Shown here piece by piece: positions 61,948 through 64,000 of a DNA stretch of 64,000 bases; within the stretch, counting starts at the first letter, position 1; each line of letters begins with the position of its first letter. This DNA comes from Basidiobolus meristosporus CBS 931.73. Its lineage: Eukaryota; Fungi; Basidiobolomycota. The stretch lies in the NCBI GenBank assembly GCA_002104905.1, contig MCFE01000231.1:1-64000 (forward strand), read 5' to 3'. The notes beneath the pieces were generated by a model. It was not told where the DNA came from. It made no database searches and saw only the letters and a program-made list of their open reading frames with translations. Position numbers and translations under genes: made by a program.

Positions 61948-63181
61948 TCGTTTATCTTCGCAACCTAACGTTTAAGCATGATCCACCATGGACAGAACCT
62001 AGAATAGGAGATTATATGCATTCATCTATTTGTCAATATCATCCATTAATAAAAGCGTCAACCTTATCTGCCTTTGTGATCTTTAACAGATGTGGGCATC
62101 ATCCATCACATGGATCCAAGCAACACTTCGGGCAGATAGAATGCATCGAGACATCCATTATTTCGAGTGGATCTCAATCCTGCTATGGACAGCACGAATT
62201 AGAGTCCAAACGATACACTCTCAAGAGGGTTTCATTCTTCATGTATGGGGAATTCGCTCTTAGTGATAATGAAACTCCAATGTAGTGCACGGTTCCTTCT
62301 GTTCGCTCGTGGCTGATGATGCCTCTAGAAAACAGCGCTCCCCTACTGCTGCACCTACAAGCTAACACTAACAAGCGATGGCCAAAGCTCCTCGTGTCGC
62401 CCCAAGGCTAACCGTTAGGATGTTTCGCATGAATATCATGTGATCTTCCATTGATTGTGGGTGTTTGAGATTGACTACCACTATTGTGATAATCGGGAGG
62501 CACGCCAAGCATACTAAGTGGCAATAGGCTTCCTCAGACGTGTCTAACCTGATTTGGCATCGAGGAAAAAGGATTGTGGTGGATCCGGTCTTCAGATCAG
62601 TGCGGATGTCATAAGGTATTCAGTCGTGATTCGAGATATGCTTCCAGTAACAACTATCCTCATCAAAAGCAGGCGCATGACGGTTGGATTCATGCACAAT
62701 AGATTACAAGCATCACTTGTAGTAATGTTACTCGACCAAATGCGGTGTGAATTCGACATCATCTCCAAAACATACATCTGTCCAACACATTGTCACCCAA
62801 GGTAGTTGGCTCGGCTGCTAGATCCCCGTGTTGAAACGATTTTGAGGCGGTCGTGAGGCAATATCGCATTTCGATAGGTGGAGCTCGCTTTTTCAGTGAT
62901 AGCAATGCTTACACATGGGAATCAATTAAATGCTCCTATAATTAAGACTGCTGGCTGACTGTGTGACTGTTAAACAAAGCGACGATATGAGATCGGCTGA
63001 CGCACGCATTATTTTGGCTATATCTCTATTCCCTTTCAACATTCTCTTCTCCACGTCCTCTGTTCTTCTCGTCAGAATAGACCATAGAAAGTCTTTTTGG
63101 AGAAGAGGATTTGTTGAAGTTGCATAGAGTTCACTCTAGTTGTTCACCTTTGGGCGAGATTCAACACTACGTCTAGATATC

Positions 63182-64000
63182 ATGAAGTTCGCTAAGCAAC
63201 TCGCTCTACGCTCTATTCCCACATGGGCCATATATTACATCGACTACAAGCAGTTGAAGAAGTTCATCAAAGATTCCGAACTCATATATGAAGGTACGTT
63301 TTGTTTCAATAGGGCGTGTCCTGCCACTGCCATTTGCTCATTTGTGGCTACGTTGCCTTACCCCCAATAGAAAACAAAGAAACTGCTCAGCTAGACAAGA
63401 TCACGCAGGAATTCAGAACGCTTATTCATACGGAGCTTGACAAGGTGGATGAAAGATACTCGAGTAAAGAGCAAGAGTCAACAGAGAAGCTCAGGCTTTT
63501 GAAAACCAAGGTACCCACAGCTTAGTTGAGCCTTTTGTCTATTGGCTGAACAAACTTTGGCATCCTAGTGGCGGCCAGATTTCTCTCCCGAAAGTCAGAA
63601 CCAATGGTCGGTGGTGTACCACTCTCTTATGTTCCGTTCAAATATTCATATGTAACGTTGCCATAAGGTTGAAGGATTTTACAAAGTTGTTACAGTCGCT
63701 TGAATATCTCTCAGGTAGATTGCTGCCCTTGTTTCAGCTCGGAGGATTTCGAGACCATTAATCGCTCGCACATATAGAGTTTACACAGACGAATATCGTT
63801 GGGTTTCAGAAAATCCTCAAGAAATTCGACAAGCACTTTGGTGTCACTTGGGGAAGGGATTTTTGGCCAGAGATCACCACCAGGAAATTCGCAAACTCTG
63901 AGAAAGAGGAAAACCTACTTCACGAAGCAAGACAAGTACGTGAAGCAAGATCATACCTATGTTCAGAAACATATGTTAATGATATTTTAGGTTTGGCGTA
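63182..64000 (+). CDS. SPX-domain protein, N-terminal exons (continues past the window)
   Basis: MKFAKQL..IPTWAIYYIDYKQLKKFIK and GFQKILKKFDK are the SPX signature motifs. The C-terminal domain is not visible. Confidence 0.85.

Noticed and set aside
44000-64000. Many 60-110-aa ORFs in the track antisense to or overlapping the genes
   Set aside because: Explained as shadow frames or intron read-through of the multi-exon genes.
1-64000. CRISPR arrays, rRNA or prokaryotic operons
   Set aside because: No regularly spaced short direct repeats or rRNA signatures; the sequence is intron-containing eukaryotic DNA.

Overview
Eukaryotic DNA, most likely from an early-diverging (non-Dikarya) fungus. 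That is an inference from the many short GT-AG introns, a ZGRF1 that keeps its helicase, an MEA1-like gene and a fungal-type half-tRNAiMet PBS. The window has two compartments. (1) 1 to ~43,750 is a strongly CpG-depleted, multiply nested transposon block with no host genes. It holds two Ty3/gypsy families, two Ty1/copia families, a family of three solo LTRs, a CMC/CACTA DNA transposon family (Tnp2 transposase plus a divergent ORF2, at least five copies or fragments), and a PHIS/Harbinger-type family with its foldback MITE. Most junctions resolve to the base from TIRs, TG..CA ends and TSDs. (2) ~43,750 to 64,000 has normal CpG content and is gene-dense: an alpha/beta hydrolase, three intronless TM-RING-H2 genes, TSC10/KDSR, a GH15 hydrolase, MEA1-like, ZGRF1, mitochondrial uL4 and the start of an SPX-domain gene. 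The most unusual signals concern CpG and the elements: a transposase ORF that is almost CpG-free beside a CpG-rich ORF2 in the same element, solo LTRs inserted at CpG-centred sites, and CpG-containing subterminal repeats intact only in the youngest CACTA copy. All counts and alignments were made by eye; no searches were run.
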